Source: Octopus sinensis (taxonomy: Eukaryota). Taken from it: DNA of 64,000 nucleotides. Of this stretch, positions 38,147-52,720 are shown piece after piece. Location: the NCBI RefSeq assembly GCF_006345805.1, contig NC_043011.1, positions 47,318,464-47,382,463 on the forward strand, written 5' to 3'. Position 1 is the first letter of the stretch; every line of letters begins with the position of its first letter. A program made the position numbers and the translations under genes. The notes under the pieces were generated by a model. That model was given only the letters and a program-made list of their open reading frames with translations. It was not told the origin of the DNA and searched no databases.

Positions 38147-41104
38147 CACACACACACAGATCAGATAGCCTTCTTTCAGCCAAGGGCTATGGTAGAAGAC
38201 ACTTATCCTAGGTGCCACACAGTGGGACTGAACCGAGAACTATGTAGTTAGGAAGCAAAGTTCTGAACCATTCAGTCATACCTGAGTCCACACACACACA
38301 CACACATACAGGCTCATATTCCTATATATTTAGCCTTGAAGTAGCTTGAGATAATAATTACTAGGCTACCAATATAGTGGGCAATAAAGTAATAAATGTC
38401 TGTACACATAGCCCTGTGTAATTAACAATAAATAAATAATGACTCCCCATATATACATACACACACACATGCACACATGAAAGTCCTCAAATTGCATAAA
38501 TGATTCAGTGCTAAAAAATTTGATCAGACTGTAACCATGAAAGAAAAGAATAGTATATTTTCCCTTGTTGGTCATATTCCAGTTGCATTAATAGTAATGT
38601 TTTATTTTTTTTATCTCAGTTTCAACCCTGGTCATGGCATTAACACTAATGAGATAAACACCCTAGTGATTCAATAATGGATGGAACCATCTCTTAAAGG
38701 ACAACACTAGAAATTGATACACATTTACAACATCCTCAACCAATAATAATAATTACAGCAATATTAACAAACATAATGATAATACTGATCACGATAATAA
38801 TAATGATTTCTTTTATTGGCCCGGAAACAACAAACAAGAAACGAATTTTCCACAGATTCATTATCTTCTTTGTACAATGTAGAAAGCAATTCTTCTTGTG
38901 CTGGTACCACAGTGAAATCACTTTTCTCCACTCTCTGGTGCAACCTCTAGAACTGTGGTTCTCAACCATGCTTTGTTTTGCCTATGGACATCTTTGATTC
39001 CTGTTGTTTTTCTTTACTTGACATCAATAGCCACTCATTGCAACACTCTAACCACTAAGCCAGGTGCCGTAATATATATATATATATATATATATAAATA
39101 TATTATGTATATATGTATGTGTATATATATATATATGTATATATATATGCATGTATATATATATATGATTATATATATTATATATATGTATGTACACACA
39201 CCAGATTGACTTCTTTTAGCCAAGTGCTATGGTAGAAGACACTTGTCCCAGATGCCACACAGTGGGACTGAACCTGGAACCATGCAGTTAGGAAACAAGG
39301 TTCTGAACCACTGAGTCACACCTGTGTCTACATACATACACACACAACGCACACATATAAGCTCATATTCCTATATATTTAATCTTAGAGTATCATGAGA
39401 TTATAATTCCTTGGCTACCAATACAGTGGGCTATAAATCAATAAATGTATATAAAAAGTGTATATAAAAAGACATCACATTAGACTTTTATAATTAGATA
39501 TTATTAGGGAATTGTATTTAAAAGAAATAATAATAAGTATTGCAGAAGTATCAGCAATTTCTTGCACATATATGTATTTAAACAACAAAATCTTATATGG
39601 ATCCTCAAGAGCCATATAAAACCTGATTGTGAAACACTGCTCAAGAGATACAGGTGAACAATAAGTGTAAAAGCAAGATTAAGAGGTTCCTTTAAGTCTG
39701 TCTTGCAAATGAGCAGATAAAGTGCAGGTTTGAGAAAACCCTTTAATGTTGTCTAGTCTTACCAAGGACATGTAAACCTCTCTAGTGTTGGTGCCATGAG
39801 GCAAAGCATTCGATACACTCTGTAAAGTGGTTAGTGACAGTGAAGGCATCCAGCCTTAGAAGTTAAAATGAAATGTACACGTACCAGTGAGTAAGAGTTG
39901 TAGATCCTGAAAGAGCTAGCCTTGGGCTATAGTAACTCACCCAACACGGAAAGATGTGAAATGATGATGATGGTGAAGATGATACTGATGCTGATAATGT
40001 TCATGAATAATGATAAACAAAAAAAAAGTTAAAAAGAAATGTAGAAATAAATAATTATTATTTAAGTTGGAAATTATCTTCCCGTCATTAGCAAGCAATT
40101 TTTTTTTCTATTTACTGTTATTTGATTGATCCGACATTGATTTTTCACCTTTTTTTTTTCTATCACAACAGTTTATTGATTACAGGAGATTTCAGCAGAT
40201 TATTGATTTTTCAATTTAGGTGGAATTATTTCATGAGATAATCTAGGAATTTTTATTTTATTTGTTTAGAATATTTTAATATTTTTTAAATTATTATTAT
40301 CCTTATTATTGTCATTATCATCATCATCATTATTATCATAAAACTGATAATAATAATAATTCATGGTTGGCAATGAGTCAAAGGCTAGAAAAATTGAGTA
40401 CTCAAAATAATTACTCACCTTTGAGCCCTAATCAATACTATAATCTATTAAGAAATGTTGCCATAAATCATCATCTTAATTATCCTTATTGTCTGTGAGA
40501 ACACTTATACTTGAATTCAGCTTTAAGTTATAGACAGGTGAGGGCTTAGGGTGAAGTGAAAGGTGAGTGGAGTAAATTTAGTTTTCTGCTTCTAGATTCT
40601 GAATTCAAACACAGCCAGTAAAGAATGATGGAAATCATGGCTAACCATTAAGACATTGTTGTTAAGGATCACCAAAGAAAGTAACACTTAATCAGCTGCA
40701 ACAGATGATCGTGTAACTAACTCTAAAAGAAATGGAAGAATTATCCAAAATAAAATGTTTGAGAAAATTAGAGAAAAACCAGAAGTAGGGAATTGAAAGC
40801 TGGAACAATTATTATAATGATGAATACTTTAGGGATGATTCTTAAAAAAACTCATTCAGGAAAAAATGTAACGAAAACTCTAGAACTTAAAAAATAGACA
40901 CAACATACAGAAAGCAGAATAGTCAATTACTACAAGTGCAATATGCAGTGTGCTTTCAGTACATCAGGAGTTAAAAACCAAATCACTACATGTGCCCAAG
41001 GCTTAGTAATGCAGTAAAAAAAAAAAATGCAAAACAAAAAAGATATATTGAATAGTAATGTTAATTATTTTTGTTACTGTTATTATATTACTAATGAGAT
41101 TGTG

Positions 41105-41300
41105 GCTGGCAGAATCATTAGCATGCCAGACTAAATGCTCAGAAATATTTCGTCTATTTTTACATTCAGGGTTCAAATTCAGCTGAGGTTGACTTTGCCT
41201 TTCACCCTTTCAAGATTGATGAAATAAAGTACCAGTTGAGCACTGGGATTGATGTAATTACCTAGTCCCCTCTCCTTAAAATTTCAAACCTTATGCCTAT
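41105..41300 (+). mobile_element. SINE family B, diverged
   Basis: GGCTGGCAGAATCATTAGC...GACTTTGCCTTTCACCCTTTC. Confidence 0.75.
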
Positions 41301-41343
41301 GTGCCTATAATAGAAATGGCAATTATATTTCTACCAACTCCAA

Positions 41344-41412
<69 letters not shown>

Positions 41413-41429
41413 TATTATGATGGACTCTC

Positions 41430-41712
41430 CTGTCATTACAATGTATGAAGTTTGACAATTTCTTACCGAACAAGCACACAGATGATTTGTTTATAGTGAT
41501 CACATGTTTGTGTAGACATAAGCTCACTCCCTTCATCAGATCGACATTACCTGTACAGGTGTAACAGGTGTTACATGTTAGATGTTGAAATGATTGCAGT
41601 GCAATAGGAAATTACATGTTCTGCTCAAGAACACAACGCAACACCCAGTCTGGAAATTGAACCCATGATCTTGCAATCGTGAGTGAAACTCCCTAACCAC
41701 TAAGCCATGCAC
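41430..41712 (-). mobile_element. SINE family C variant
   Basis: CTGCTCAAGAACACAAC core and a tRNA-like head at the right end. Confidence 0.7.
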
Positions 41713-41851
41713 CTTCACAAATATATATTTGATGTGTGTGTGTGTTTATTTGGCAAAACGGAAAAAACATGACCATCCTCAAATATAACAAGATATATAT
41801 ACATATGTATATCTATATTTCTATATCTATATTTATGTATATATCTATAAC

Positions 41852-41891
<40 letters not shown>

Positions 41892-41969
41892 TTATATCTA
41901 ATCTATGTGTATATCTATAACTATATATATAATATATATTTTATCTATATCTATGTATATATCTATAAC

Positions 41970-42001
<32 letters not shown>

Positions 42002-42245
42002 CTATATCTATGTATATATCTATAATATATATATATATATATATATAATATATATAATATATATATATTATATATATATATATATATATAATCTGTTGCC
42101 AAATAAACACACACACTATGTATATATTCAGTCTTCTCTTCAGCTTTATTATGTCCTTATTTTAGTGCCCTTTGTCTGAAATCTTTCATCACACTCCTGT
42201 AACCTCTTCAGTAACACTCAAACCCATGTTTCTCTTCCATATCTA

Positions 42246-42298
<53 letters not shown>

Positions 42299-42702
42299 GT
42301 TTGTCTGTCTGTCTTTCAATCTGTCTGTATGTGTGTATGATTTGTTATACACTTCATATAAAATTTTCAATATTCTATGTGCTGAGGATTTTGCTTTCGT
42401 ATATTTTGAGGTTATAGCCTGAAGTCAGATCCTATTAAGGTCAATTTTACCTGTCACTTTTTGAAGGTCATTAAAGTAACATGACATTCAACTACTGGGT
42501 TTTATTTATATGACTGACATCATCACCATCACCAGCACCACCACCACCAACATCAAATTTCTTGTGATAAACTTATGTTAGAAATTGTTATTATTATTAT
42601 CATCACTGTAAATGAAAAGTTAGAATGAATATTTCAAACAGTCAGAAACCATGTCATTATCCTAAGAACCAATCAAAATCCCCCTGGAGACGAGAATATA
42701 TG

Positions 42703-42737
<35 letters not shown>

Positions 42738-42976
42738 AACACACATTCATACAAACGTATACATAAACACAACACACATTATATATACATATACATATGC
42801 ACACACATACAAACACTATGTATGCATACATACACACATGTACATATACTCATACATACAAACATGTGTGTGTGATTACATATATATATATGTGTGTGTA
42901 TATATACATATATATATATAATATATATATATATATATAATATATATATATGTGTATGTATATATATATGTATATA

Positions 42977-43023
<47 letters not shown>

Positions 43024-43492
43024 GTGAGTGTGTGTGTGTACATATGAATATACCAAGTCATCTAATTCAATCGACTTGTCTCTAACAAATGTGTGTCCTT
43101 GTACTTTAGTGGGATATCATTGATACTATTCATATTTATTATTACTATTATAAATATTTCACGAATACATGTTGTCATAAACATACAGCCCGCCTTGCCA
43201 TATGCTGTATTCAAACAATAAATAATTCATATAACTCCAGCCATTGTTTTAATGGTAATAAACTTCTGAAGAGAGCTACAGTGCTGTCTGTCTCCTCAGA
43301 TAAAACCAAAGATTTGGCTAGTTTACTCTTAAAATTTCTGTCTGTGTTATGTGCAAATATATACATACACACAGACATACATACACACATATTCACACAC
43401 ATATATATATATGTATATGTATATTGATATATATATATATGTATGTATGTATGTATGTGTGTATATATATATATAAATATATACATACATAT

Positions 43493-43545
<53 letters not shown>

Positions 43546-44469
43546 CACATACATATACATACACACACAGACATACATATATATATTCTCTTTCATAAAT
43601 TCAGATGCATATATGCATTATGCATACAATACATATGCATTTATTTGAACAGATGCAAGCATATATGTGCACACATGCAAGTCCATTGCGATACTTTCTG
43701 CAAACATATTCAGAATGAAAGTGTATCATTTAAACTTCAGCTCAATGATTTTGTGATGCAGAAGCGAAACTTACTAAATATTCTACCATTATCAATAAAT
43801 GTTGGTGGATTGGCGATCAGCAGCTTGGAAATATTTTGAAGGAAAGAAAGAAAGAAAGAAAGAAAGAAAGTACGGAAGAACTGGAGAGGAAATCAAATAG
43901 AGGGATAAAGATAAAGAAAGAAAGAATGAAGTGAAAAAAATAAGAGATGGACAGAAACAAAAATAAAAAAGAAAGGAATAAACAAGAGAAAGAAATGATT
44001 AAATAGAATGAAGCAGAAAGAGAGAGAGAGAAAGAAGGAAAAGAGGATTGGAAGAAGACAATGAGGAATGAAAAGGAAATGTGAAAAGAAAGAACAGAAG
44101 AAAGGAGGGGATAAATGAAGAAATAAAAGGAAAGAAGTAAGAGAAGTGAGGGTTGAGAGAAAGAAATTGAAAACTGTGGAATAAAGTAGCCATCAATATA
44201 GTGTTAGTCCAAGTGTCATGTAGAATGAAATGAAATATACTTTATTGCATGGATTACGATGGCTGAAGTCTATTAATTTGTAAATTTATAATGTAGATCT
44301 ATTTTATCTCCAGATATGAGGAAGAATAGGATTTTTTTTTTAGTTCAACCCTCTAGCAGCAGACAGTGTTGTTATTGACACTAACACTACAATCATGGCT
44401 CTTTTTAGACTGTTTGCCATTCCCATCATGACCAACATTAGCAAAAGTGTTTCTGTACAAAGAACTTAC

Positions 44470-45175
44470 AATATTCTTTTCTACTTTAGGCACAAGGTGC
44501 AAAATATTGGGGGAGGGGTCCAGTCGATTAGATTGACCCCAGTATGCAACTTGTACTTAATTTATCGACCCCAAAAGATGAAAGGCAAAGCTGACCTCTG
44601 CAGAATCTGAACTCAGAACAAAAAGACAGACGAAATACTGCTAAGCATTTCACCCGGTGTGCTAACATTTCTGCCAGCTCGCCATCTTAAAGAACTTATG
44701 ATATTGGTTCCAAATTTTGACACAAAGCCAGCAATTTTGGAGAAGGGAATTAATCATTTATATCAAGCCCAGGGCTCTACTGGTACTAACTTTATTTTAT
44801 TGACCCCAAAAGGATGAAAGACAAAGTCTACCTTGATAGAATTTGAACTCAGAATGTGAAGATGAACAAAATGCCACTAAGCATTTTGCCCGATGTACTA
44901 ATGATTCTGTAATAATGATGTACTAACTTAAAACATCAAATATTATCTTCATTACTGTCATAATTAAGTGCAAGGTGGCACACTGGCAGAATCGTTAGCA
45001 TGGCATGGGAAATACTTAATGGTATTTTGTCTGGTTTCACACTCTGATTACAAATCTCACCAAAGTTGACTCTGCCTCTTATTCTTTTGCGGTTGTGTAC
45101 TGGGGCCAATGTAATCAACTTAATGCCTCTCACCGAAATTAGTGGCCTTGTGCCAAAATTTGAAATCAATATCCT
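44470..45175. mobile_element. Cluster of three family B SINEs (two minus, one plus)
   Basis: About 44470-44690(-), 44715-44910(-) and 44985-45175(+). Confidence 0.75.
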
Positions 45176-46715
45176 AATTAAGGGTAGAGGATTAGCAGAA
45201 GTATTAGAGCACCAGACGAAATGCCGTGTGATATATATAGTCTTGGTCCATTACAAATTGTTAAGACGGCACAGTGTTCTTTGATAAGTATTTGATTACT
45301 ATTTCTATAAGCCTGAGCAACCACATAGCAGTCCCTCTGTTAGCTCAAAAGACGGCTGAAATGAATTCAGTAGAAATTGTAAAAAACATGATATATACTA
45401 TTAACTTGCAGTGTTTCTTTACATTCTGAGTTCAAATCACAAAGTTCATTTGCCTTTCATTATTTCCAAAAATAGAAAAAAATAAAAGCAGATTGATTCA
45501 ATTCTTTCAATTCTGTTACATGTATTCGAGGCTTTGAGTTAAAGGTTAAAAATGTAACTGAAATATGATATATATTCAAAAGTACAAGACACATGGGTCA
45601 TCTCTGACATTCTTCCCAATTTTTAGATTTCTTCTATTATTTCTCTGATAAGAGAGAAGAACTGACAAACTCTACTCAATATGAGATTACCAAAATTGTG
45701 ACAAATTCAACGAAGATGAAAATAGACTAAGATTCTATTTTCAGATATATTTATATGCCTCAAAATTGCTAATATAATTGTAAATTATCATGAATATTCT
45801 TGTAGTTGTTGCTGTTTTACATTGAGGATAATAATAAATTGACCCTAAGGAAAACCCCTACCCAAATAAACAAGTTATGAAAAAGAGTGAGCAAAGCAAT
45901 AAAAGACGTAAAATTTTCTTAGAACCAATAGACATTTTGGAACCGTAAAAGGCCTGCAGACAGAGTCCATATGTCTGAATACGTGATCTTCTGTCCAACA
46001 AGTTGACCTCTTGTTTCTAAACAGAGGTTTAAGATCTTAATTAATTAACAATTTGGCAGCATTTTAATGAAGAATTTTGATGAAGTAATGAGTATTTTCC
46101 TCTGCCATTAACCGTTAACACCATCTGATTAATCAGAGACATCAATGTCAATTCCATGACTCCTTATAAAGAATCACTTTGCAGTTTCTTTAATTTAACA
46201 ATATAAATTCTCCCACAATTGAATTAATTCTACAACCATGATGTCCACACAGGATACTTTGACAACATAATAGACAAGAGTACTTGAAGTATTTGAGATT
46301 TAACAGTTGAAGACCATTTTAGTAATCCTGCAGAAAAGGCTACATTTTACATGAAAGAAAAGAAGCTATGAAGGCTGCTCATTATGGATTTAGATGAAAT
46401 AGCACTGGCATCAAGATAAGATGCTTTCAATACACTCTGTAAAGTGGTTGATGAATAAATGTAAACCATGTTAAGTTGAGAGACCTCTTAAGTTTGGGAG
46501 GCCAGGAAAACCTCTCAAGGACCATTGCAAATATAAAATGCACTCAGCAATTTCTGGGAAGGAGTTGGTATTTAGAAAGGCATCCAGCAATAGAAATATT
46601 TGCTTGGAAAGCAGACATAAAAGACTGATTTTATTGTGGTGACATCAGCATATGTATAATTGTAATGCATGAAATCTTTGGCACCTGAGTCACTTATGTA
46701 GCCTTACTATTTTCA

Positions 46716-46761
<46 letters not shown>

Positions 46762-46846
46762 CATATACACACACACACACATATATATAGACATATATAT
46801 ACACACACATATATACATATATATATACACACACACACATATATAT

Positions 46847-46879
<33 letters not shown>

Positions 46880-46881
<2 letters not shown>

Positions 46882-47066
46882 GGGAGAATTCACAAAAAAA
46901 AACAAAAGACGAAGACAGGTGGTGTAGACAACAAACAGATGTAATAGTATAACGCTTGGGAAAGTGAAAAAGTCTTTAATGTGTCAAGCCTATGCTCTTC
47001 CACAGAAAGGAACACAGAAAGAAACAAGGAGAGAAAATAAAGAATGTGTAGTGGCTAGCAATCTAT
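46880..47066 (-). mobile_element. Short Penelope-like repeat with a degenerate minimal hammerhead
   Basis: Between (TA)n tracts. Minus strand at 46974-47009 reads CUUU-CUGUGGA-A-GAGC-AUAG-GCUU-GACAC-AUU-AAAG. Confidence 0.5.
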
Positions 47067-47103
47067 ATCTATCTATTTATATTATATATATATATATATT
47101 ATA

Positions 47104-47145
<42 letters not shown>

Positions 47146-47185
47146 TATATATATATCTATAATATATTTAATATATATATATATT

Positions 47186-47218
<33 letters not shown>

Positions 47219-47275
47219 GATATATATATATGTGCAAATACATACAAACATAGTGATAATAGGATAGATAGATAA

Positions 47276-47319
<44 letters not shown>

Positions 47320-47824
47320 ATATACTCTATCATAGTGATCGACCAAAATTTCTTTGTAAAACATTTTTGTTCTGGAAGGTAATAGCTTTCAAGTAAAAAT
47401 TTCTGACCTTATTATCAAAAGTACCTTAGTAATTGGTGAAGGAAATCGATCCTCCTTGTGTTCAATCTCTCTGCTAAAACACTCTTAGTCATTAGACAAA
47501 ATATTAGTTAAGAGATTGAAAAAAAAACCAAAAAAAAAAAAAGCTCAAACTCTTAAATAAGAAGGAGGAGCTAGAGTGGGAAGTGATTGAAAGGGAGAAG
47601 TGACTCCTACATTCTCCAAGCTTCTCTATTTATCATGTTGAGGGGTAGAAGTGCCATTAGTGAAATCTTGAAAATTATAAATACATTGCTGATGTCAATG
47701 CAGCAGAGAGAAGTGTAGGGAGAGAGTGTGAAGTGAAGTTTTTGACATGGCTTCGTTGATATACTTTCTTATTGTGTTGATTAAGACAAGTAGAAAATTC
47801 AAGAGGGAAGAATCTTAAAATTAC

Positions 47825-47944
47825 AGACTACTACTACTACTACTACTACTAATAATAATAATAATAATTATTATTATTATTATTATAAAGTCCTATTATT
47901 ATTATCTTAAAGTCTAGTATGATGACTGAAATAAAGGTTCTCTC

Positions 47945-48014
<70 letters not shown>

Positions 48015-48220
48015 CACTTTCATCATCCTCATTTTTATTGCTGTCATCATTTTATTATTGTAGTCATTGTAATAATCATAATCATTATTATTATTATTAT
48101 TATTATTATCATTATTATTATTATCATTATCATTATTATCATTATTATTATCATTATCATCATGATTATTATTATTATCATTATTATTATTATCTATCAT
48201 TATTATTATTAATAATAATA
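47825..48220. repeat. Compound (ACT)/(AAT)/(ATT/ATC)n tract
   Basis: Direct inspection. Confidence 0.9.
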
Positions 48221-48222
48221 AA

Positions 48223-48418
48223 AATCCTTTCTACTATAGGCACAAGACCTGAAATTTGTGGGTGGGAGATAGTCGATTACATCGATCCCAGTACTCAACT
48301 GGTACTAAAATTTATCAGCCCCAAAAGGATGATAAACAAAGTTGACCTCGACGGAATTTAAACTCAGAACAGACGAGATGCTGCTAAGCATTTTGCCCAG
48401 CATGCTAATGATTCAGCC
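48223..48418 (-). mobile_element. SINE family B variant
   Basis: Homology to 21160-21352. Confidence 0.8.
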
Positions 48419-48423
48419 AAATG

Positions 48424-48484
<61 letters not shown>

Positions 48485-48515
48485 TAATAATAATAATAAT
48501 AATGATAATAATAAT

Positions 48516-48968
48516 ATACCAATACACACAGATGGAGAAATTAAGGCCAATAGGCCCGATATAGCTGTCAAAGATCATGAAGAAAAATAATGCTTTCTAA
48601 TTGATGTATCAATACCAGCATATGACAACATTTCTCTAAAAGAAATGGACAAACTTTCAAAATACAAAGACCATGAAATAGAGGTAACTCTAAGGTGAAA
48701 TCTAAAAACAGAAACAATTCCTATCATAGTAGGCACATTAGGTATGATAAAAAAATATTCAGACTAATACATAAGAAAAACACCAGGACTTACAAATATA
48801 TATAACATACAGAAAATTGCACTACTGGGAACTGCACACATCCTACACAAAACACTTTCAATACAGTAACCATCAGAGCATCAAACCAAACCACAGCACA
48901 TACCCAAAGCACACAGAGCTGCGCTCGGTAGTGAAGTGAAAGCACGTTATAAAAATAAAACTACTGAA
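48516..48968 (+). mobile_element. R4/Dong-type retrotransposon 3' end, second copy
   Basis: IPIHTDGEIKANRPDIAVKDHEEK*CFLIDVSIPAYDNISLKEMDKLSKYKDHEIEV..IPIIVGTLGMIKK..NIQKIALLGTAHILHKTLSIQ*, with the PD..D motif. (AAT)n on both sides. Confidence 0.9.
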
Positions 48969-49011
<43 letters not shown>

Positions 49012-49553
49012 CCTTTCTACAATAGGGTGAAAGATAGGCTCCTGCCATCTACTCTTAATTTTTAAAAATATAATCAATATCAGTATATGAATATCTAGCC
49101 TGCCATTGAGCAAAGGAACCTTTGATAAAGCATATCTTTATGATATAGTAAAGCACTAGTAACCACTGAATTAAATGATATTATCACATATACCCCTAAA
49201 CCTCTACTAACCTTCCATGAAGAAGTGTCATAGCCTTATCTGGTTTACACCTCCTTTTTCTTTAAACTTAATATTGCTAAGCACTTCTTAGCTTTAATAG
49301 ATAAACATTTCCCTACTACCCACTGATACAGTAAAATATTTAGTAGGAGTAACCTCAAATTGAGTTACAGTTTCACAACTATTATGAACTTAATAAAATG
49401 TAAATCTACTAAATTAACTGAAGGTAATTGAATATTCAGAAATACAAATGCATGCCTCCTCAGTCATTTGGTAAAGCATTCACATATGCAAGAGAAGTCT
49501 TTCTCACCAATGTGAACGTTCATATATTATATGAATACTATGTAGGGACAGAA

Positions 49554-49811
49554 CAGTGGTTTTCGACTTTGGTCCATATGACCCTTGAGGGTCAGATAAG
49601 AATTTGCTGTCAAAATTTATGAGCAATAAATTGGTTATACTTTTACAGTACAAAAAATATTTTAACAACTTTTTGTAAACAATTTCCAATAATATTTAGT
49701 TATAGAAATATAATAGCACTTTTGAAAACATTGAATAGCTATGGGAGTCCAGTAGAGTAAAATTGGATCCAAATGGGTCAAATGGGTAAAAAATGGGGTT
49801 GAGAACCACTG
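49554..49811. mobile_element. hAT (Charlie-like) MITE
   Basis: CAGTGGTTTTCGAC ... GTTGAGAACCACTG TIRs. The flanking 8-mers GGACAGAA / GCATAGAA match at 6/8. Confidence 0.75.
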
Positions 49812-49849
49812 GCATAGAAAAAGGAAAATTTCAATAACTATTCAAGTGT

Positions 49850-50072
49850 GGTCGTTGCCAATGCCAGTGGCATGTAAAAAGTACCATTCAAGTGTAGTCA
49901 ATGCCAGTACTGCTTGACTGGCCCTCGTGCTGGTGGCACGTAAAAAGCACCCACTACACTCTTAGAGTGGGTGGCACTAGGAATGGCATCCAGCTGTAGA
50001 AACCTTGCCAGATCAGATTGGAGCCTGGTACAGCCTTCTGGCTTGCCAGCCCTCAGTCAAACTGTCTAACCC
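49850..50072 (+). mobile_element. Family D fragment
   Basis: GGTGGCACGTAAAAAGCACCCACTACACTC...GGCATCCAGCTGTAGAAACC. Confidence 0.8.
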
Positions 50073-50086
50073 AAATATATATATTT

Positions 50087-50403
50087 GACCATGTCCTTCA
50101 AATGAGTGATGAAAGAATACCCAAAGTCTTCGTGTAGAGCTAGATCGATAGTAGGCACAGGAATGTTGGTTGACCATGGCTCAGATATCAGAACAAACTG
50201 AAGAGTAACTTTTAACATCTTTGAGCGACCAGCTTTGGGGATCGTCATGTCAAAATGGTATAAAAGACTTTGTTTCAACCAGTATTAACAGGTTAAGGGG
50301 TGCAAAGCAAAAAAGAAAAGCAGCTGCAAACATACCATCTGCGCTTATCTGTAATCCTCATACTTGCAACATCTGCAGGCTTCTTTATAAGTTATTAGAG
50401 TGA
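50087..50403 (+). mobile_element. RTE-BovB-like LINE C-terminal fragment (pseudogenic)
   Basis: HVLQMSDERIPKVFV*S*..RHRNVG*PWLRYQNKLKSNF..NGIKDFVSTSINRLRGAKQKRK..CNIC, matching the GHV.RM.D.RIPK / C-terminal CxxC pattern. Confidence 0.7.
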
Positions 50404-50869
50404 CACAATTATTACATTCAACATAAGCAAAGAAAGTGTAGGTTGTTGGATCTTCATACATCAAGACGGGTGGAAGAGTCTAAACATATGTGTGCACACA
50501 CACATACACATAGACATACATGTAAGCATGAGGAACTCTCTTCCATCAGTTTTTTTTTGCATGAGCATTTGGTTATTTGAGTAACTAGATGGGCCAGTCA
50601 TTGAGATAGAATGCAATGTATCTGAGTATTCCATAGAAATTTGGACTTTTGATTTAATTCACAACAAGAATAGAGTGGTACAAATGTAGCTAGGCAGGAT
50701 CTGCAAACCAGAGAGAGAATCCACCCAACAGGCTTCAATACAGTTTCCATCGACCCAAATTCACTTACAAGGTTCAGTTCATCCTAAGCGCTTGTCAAAA
50801 TGCTGCATAGTGAGATCAAACTGAGGGCATCGTGGTTGCAAAATACACTTTTCGTTGGCACCAGGTAAT

Positions 50870-51078
50870 AACTTCCATGTTGACACCATGTAAAAGCGCC
50901 CATGCTGGTGCCTTGTAAAAAGCACCTAAATCACTCTGTAAAGTGGTTGGCATTTGGAATGGCATCCAGTCACAGAAACTAAGCCAAATCCAATTGGAAC
51001 CTGCTGCAGCTTGTCAGCTCCTGCCAAACCATACAACTCATGCCAGCATGGAAAACAGCCCTTAAATGATGATGATGA
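50870..51078 (+). mobile_element. Family D fragment
   Basis: TAAAAAGCACC..GGCATCCAG..CATGCCAGCATGGAAAACAG and a (GAT)n tail. Confidence 0.75.
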
Positions 51079-51084
51079 TACACT

Positions 51085-51305
51085 GCTGCTGATGCTGCTG
51101 TTGTTGTTGTTGTTAAGAAACAAGACGGGTAAGGATGATTAGGTGATGGTCTAGGGCTTAGGGGCGGGAGACCCCAGACCATGGAAAAAAACAACTTTGG
51201 TTGTCTTGTTGTAGTCGAGGGCTCTTTGTTGACACCCGACACCACTGGGCCGTGGCCCTCGATGTAGCCGGAAATGGAGATCTCCAGGTCCAAATTCTTG
51301 AACGG
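51085..51305 (-). mobile_element. Second copy of the (AAC)n-tailed element at 11846-12050
   Basis: Collinear alignment by eye over about 200 bp. Confidence 0.8.
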
Positions 51306-52238
51306 CTGCTGCTGCTGCTGATGATGATGATGGTGATGATGATGATGAACTACCGAGCCATATCTGCATCTTTACATGTGCCTGTATGTGAGTGTTTGTG
51401 TGTATTTGTGTCTTTCAGAAGGTAGCTGATGTCGCCTAACTTCTAAATACAGCATTAGCATGTAACCGTAAAGCATGGAGTTCATCAACAGCTTCAAAAT
51501 ATATACTCTACATAATGTAATAGGTACACTTTATTTTCTTAGTAACCAAAATATGCATAAATATACACATCCAGATAGTAACGTACAAGCATATATTTGT
51601 ATAGGCTTAGACATCCTATGTCGCTATTCAAATATTGTGAATAAATTATACCTCATTTACACAAATACATAAATAAAAAGGAACGATCTTAACTAGATAT
51701 ATAGTGATAAACAAAAAGAAATGAAAATAACAGCTCCAAATTTACTGAAAATATGAGCCACATGCACAGACACACACATACTAAAAACACCAAGAAGTTT
51801 GATAAAGGAAGCTTAAGCGAACATACATATAAACACCCACACACATATGCATCTAGACTACTGCATTTATTTATACATAATCAGTACTTGTGTAAAATGT
51901 GCACCCATAATTATGGGCAATAAAATCCTGAAAAATTATCGCTTGTGCATAATAGATGCTGATGTCTTTTAATATTACTTTATTTTTTTTTAAAAAAAAG
52001 GAGTGTTTAGTGAGATTTTATTTCTTACACATGTAAGCATAAATGCTGTCATATACCCAGAGAATGTAAAGCAAGCATGCATCCAAACATCTATTGAATT
52101 TGGAATTAAAATTTGTATGCACACGCGCCCTTCACACAAAATGTGAAATTTAAGAACTACCAATGCAAATTATATACAAATGTGTACAGCAGTTCAAATC
52201 CATATAAACACAGAAATACATACATTATATACATTATA

Positions 52239-52312
<74 letters not shown>

Positions 52313-52314
<2 letters not shown>

Positions 52315-52720
52315 TCTTTTACTCGTTTCAGTCAATTGACTGTGGCCATGCTGGAGCACCGCCTTTAGTCGTGCAAATCGACCCCAGGACTTATTCTTTG
52401 GAAGCCTAGTACTTATTCTATCGGTCTCTTTTGCTGAACAGCTATGATACGGGGATGTAAACACACCAGCATTGGTTGTCAAGCGATGTTGGGGAGACAA
52501 ACACAGACACACAAACATACACACACAAACACACACATATATATATATACATATATACAACGGACTTCTTTCAGTTTCCGTCTACCAAATCCACTCACAA
52601 GGCTTTGGTCGGCACGAGGCTATAGTAGAAGGCACTTGCCCAAGGTACAGGCAGTAGGACTGAACCCGGAACCATGTGGTTCGTAAGCAAGCGACTTACC
52701 ACACAGCCACTCCTACGCCT
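52313..52720 (-). mobile_element. SINE family A, full length
   Basis: Homology. Confidence 0.9.

Noticed and set aside
41490-41545. Minus-strand CUGAUGA in a family C variant SINE
   Set aside because: No GAAA at the right spacing and no convincing stems, so it is not called an HHR.
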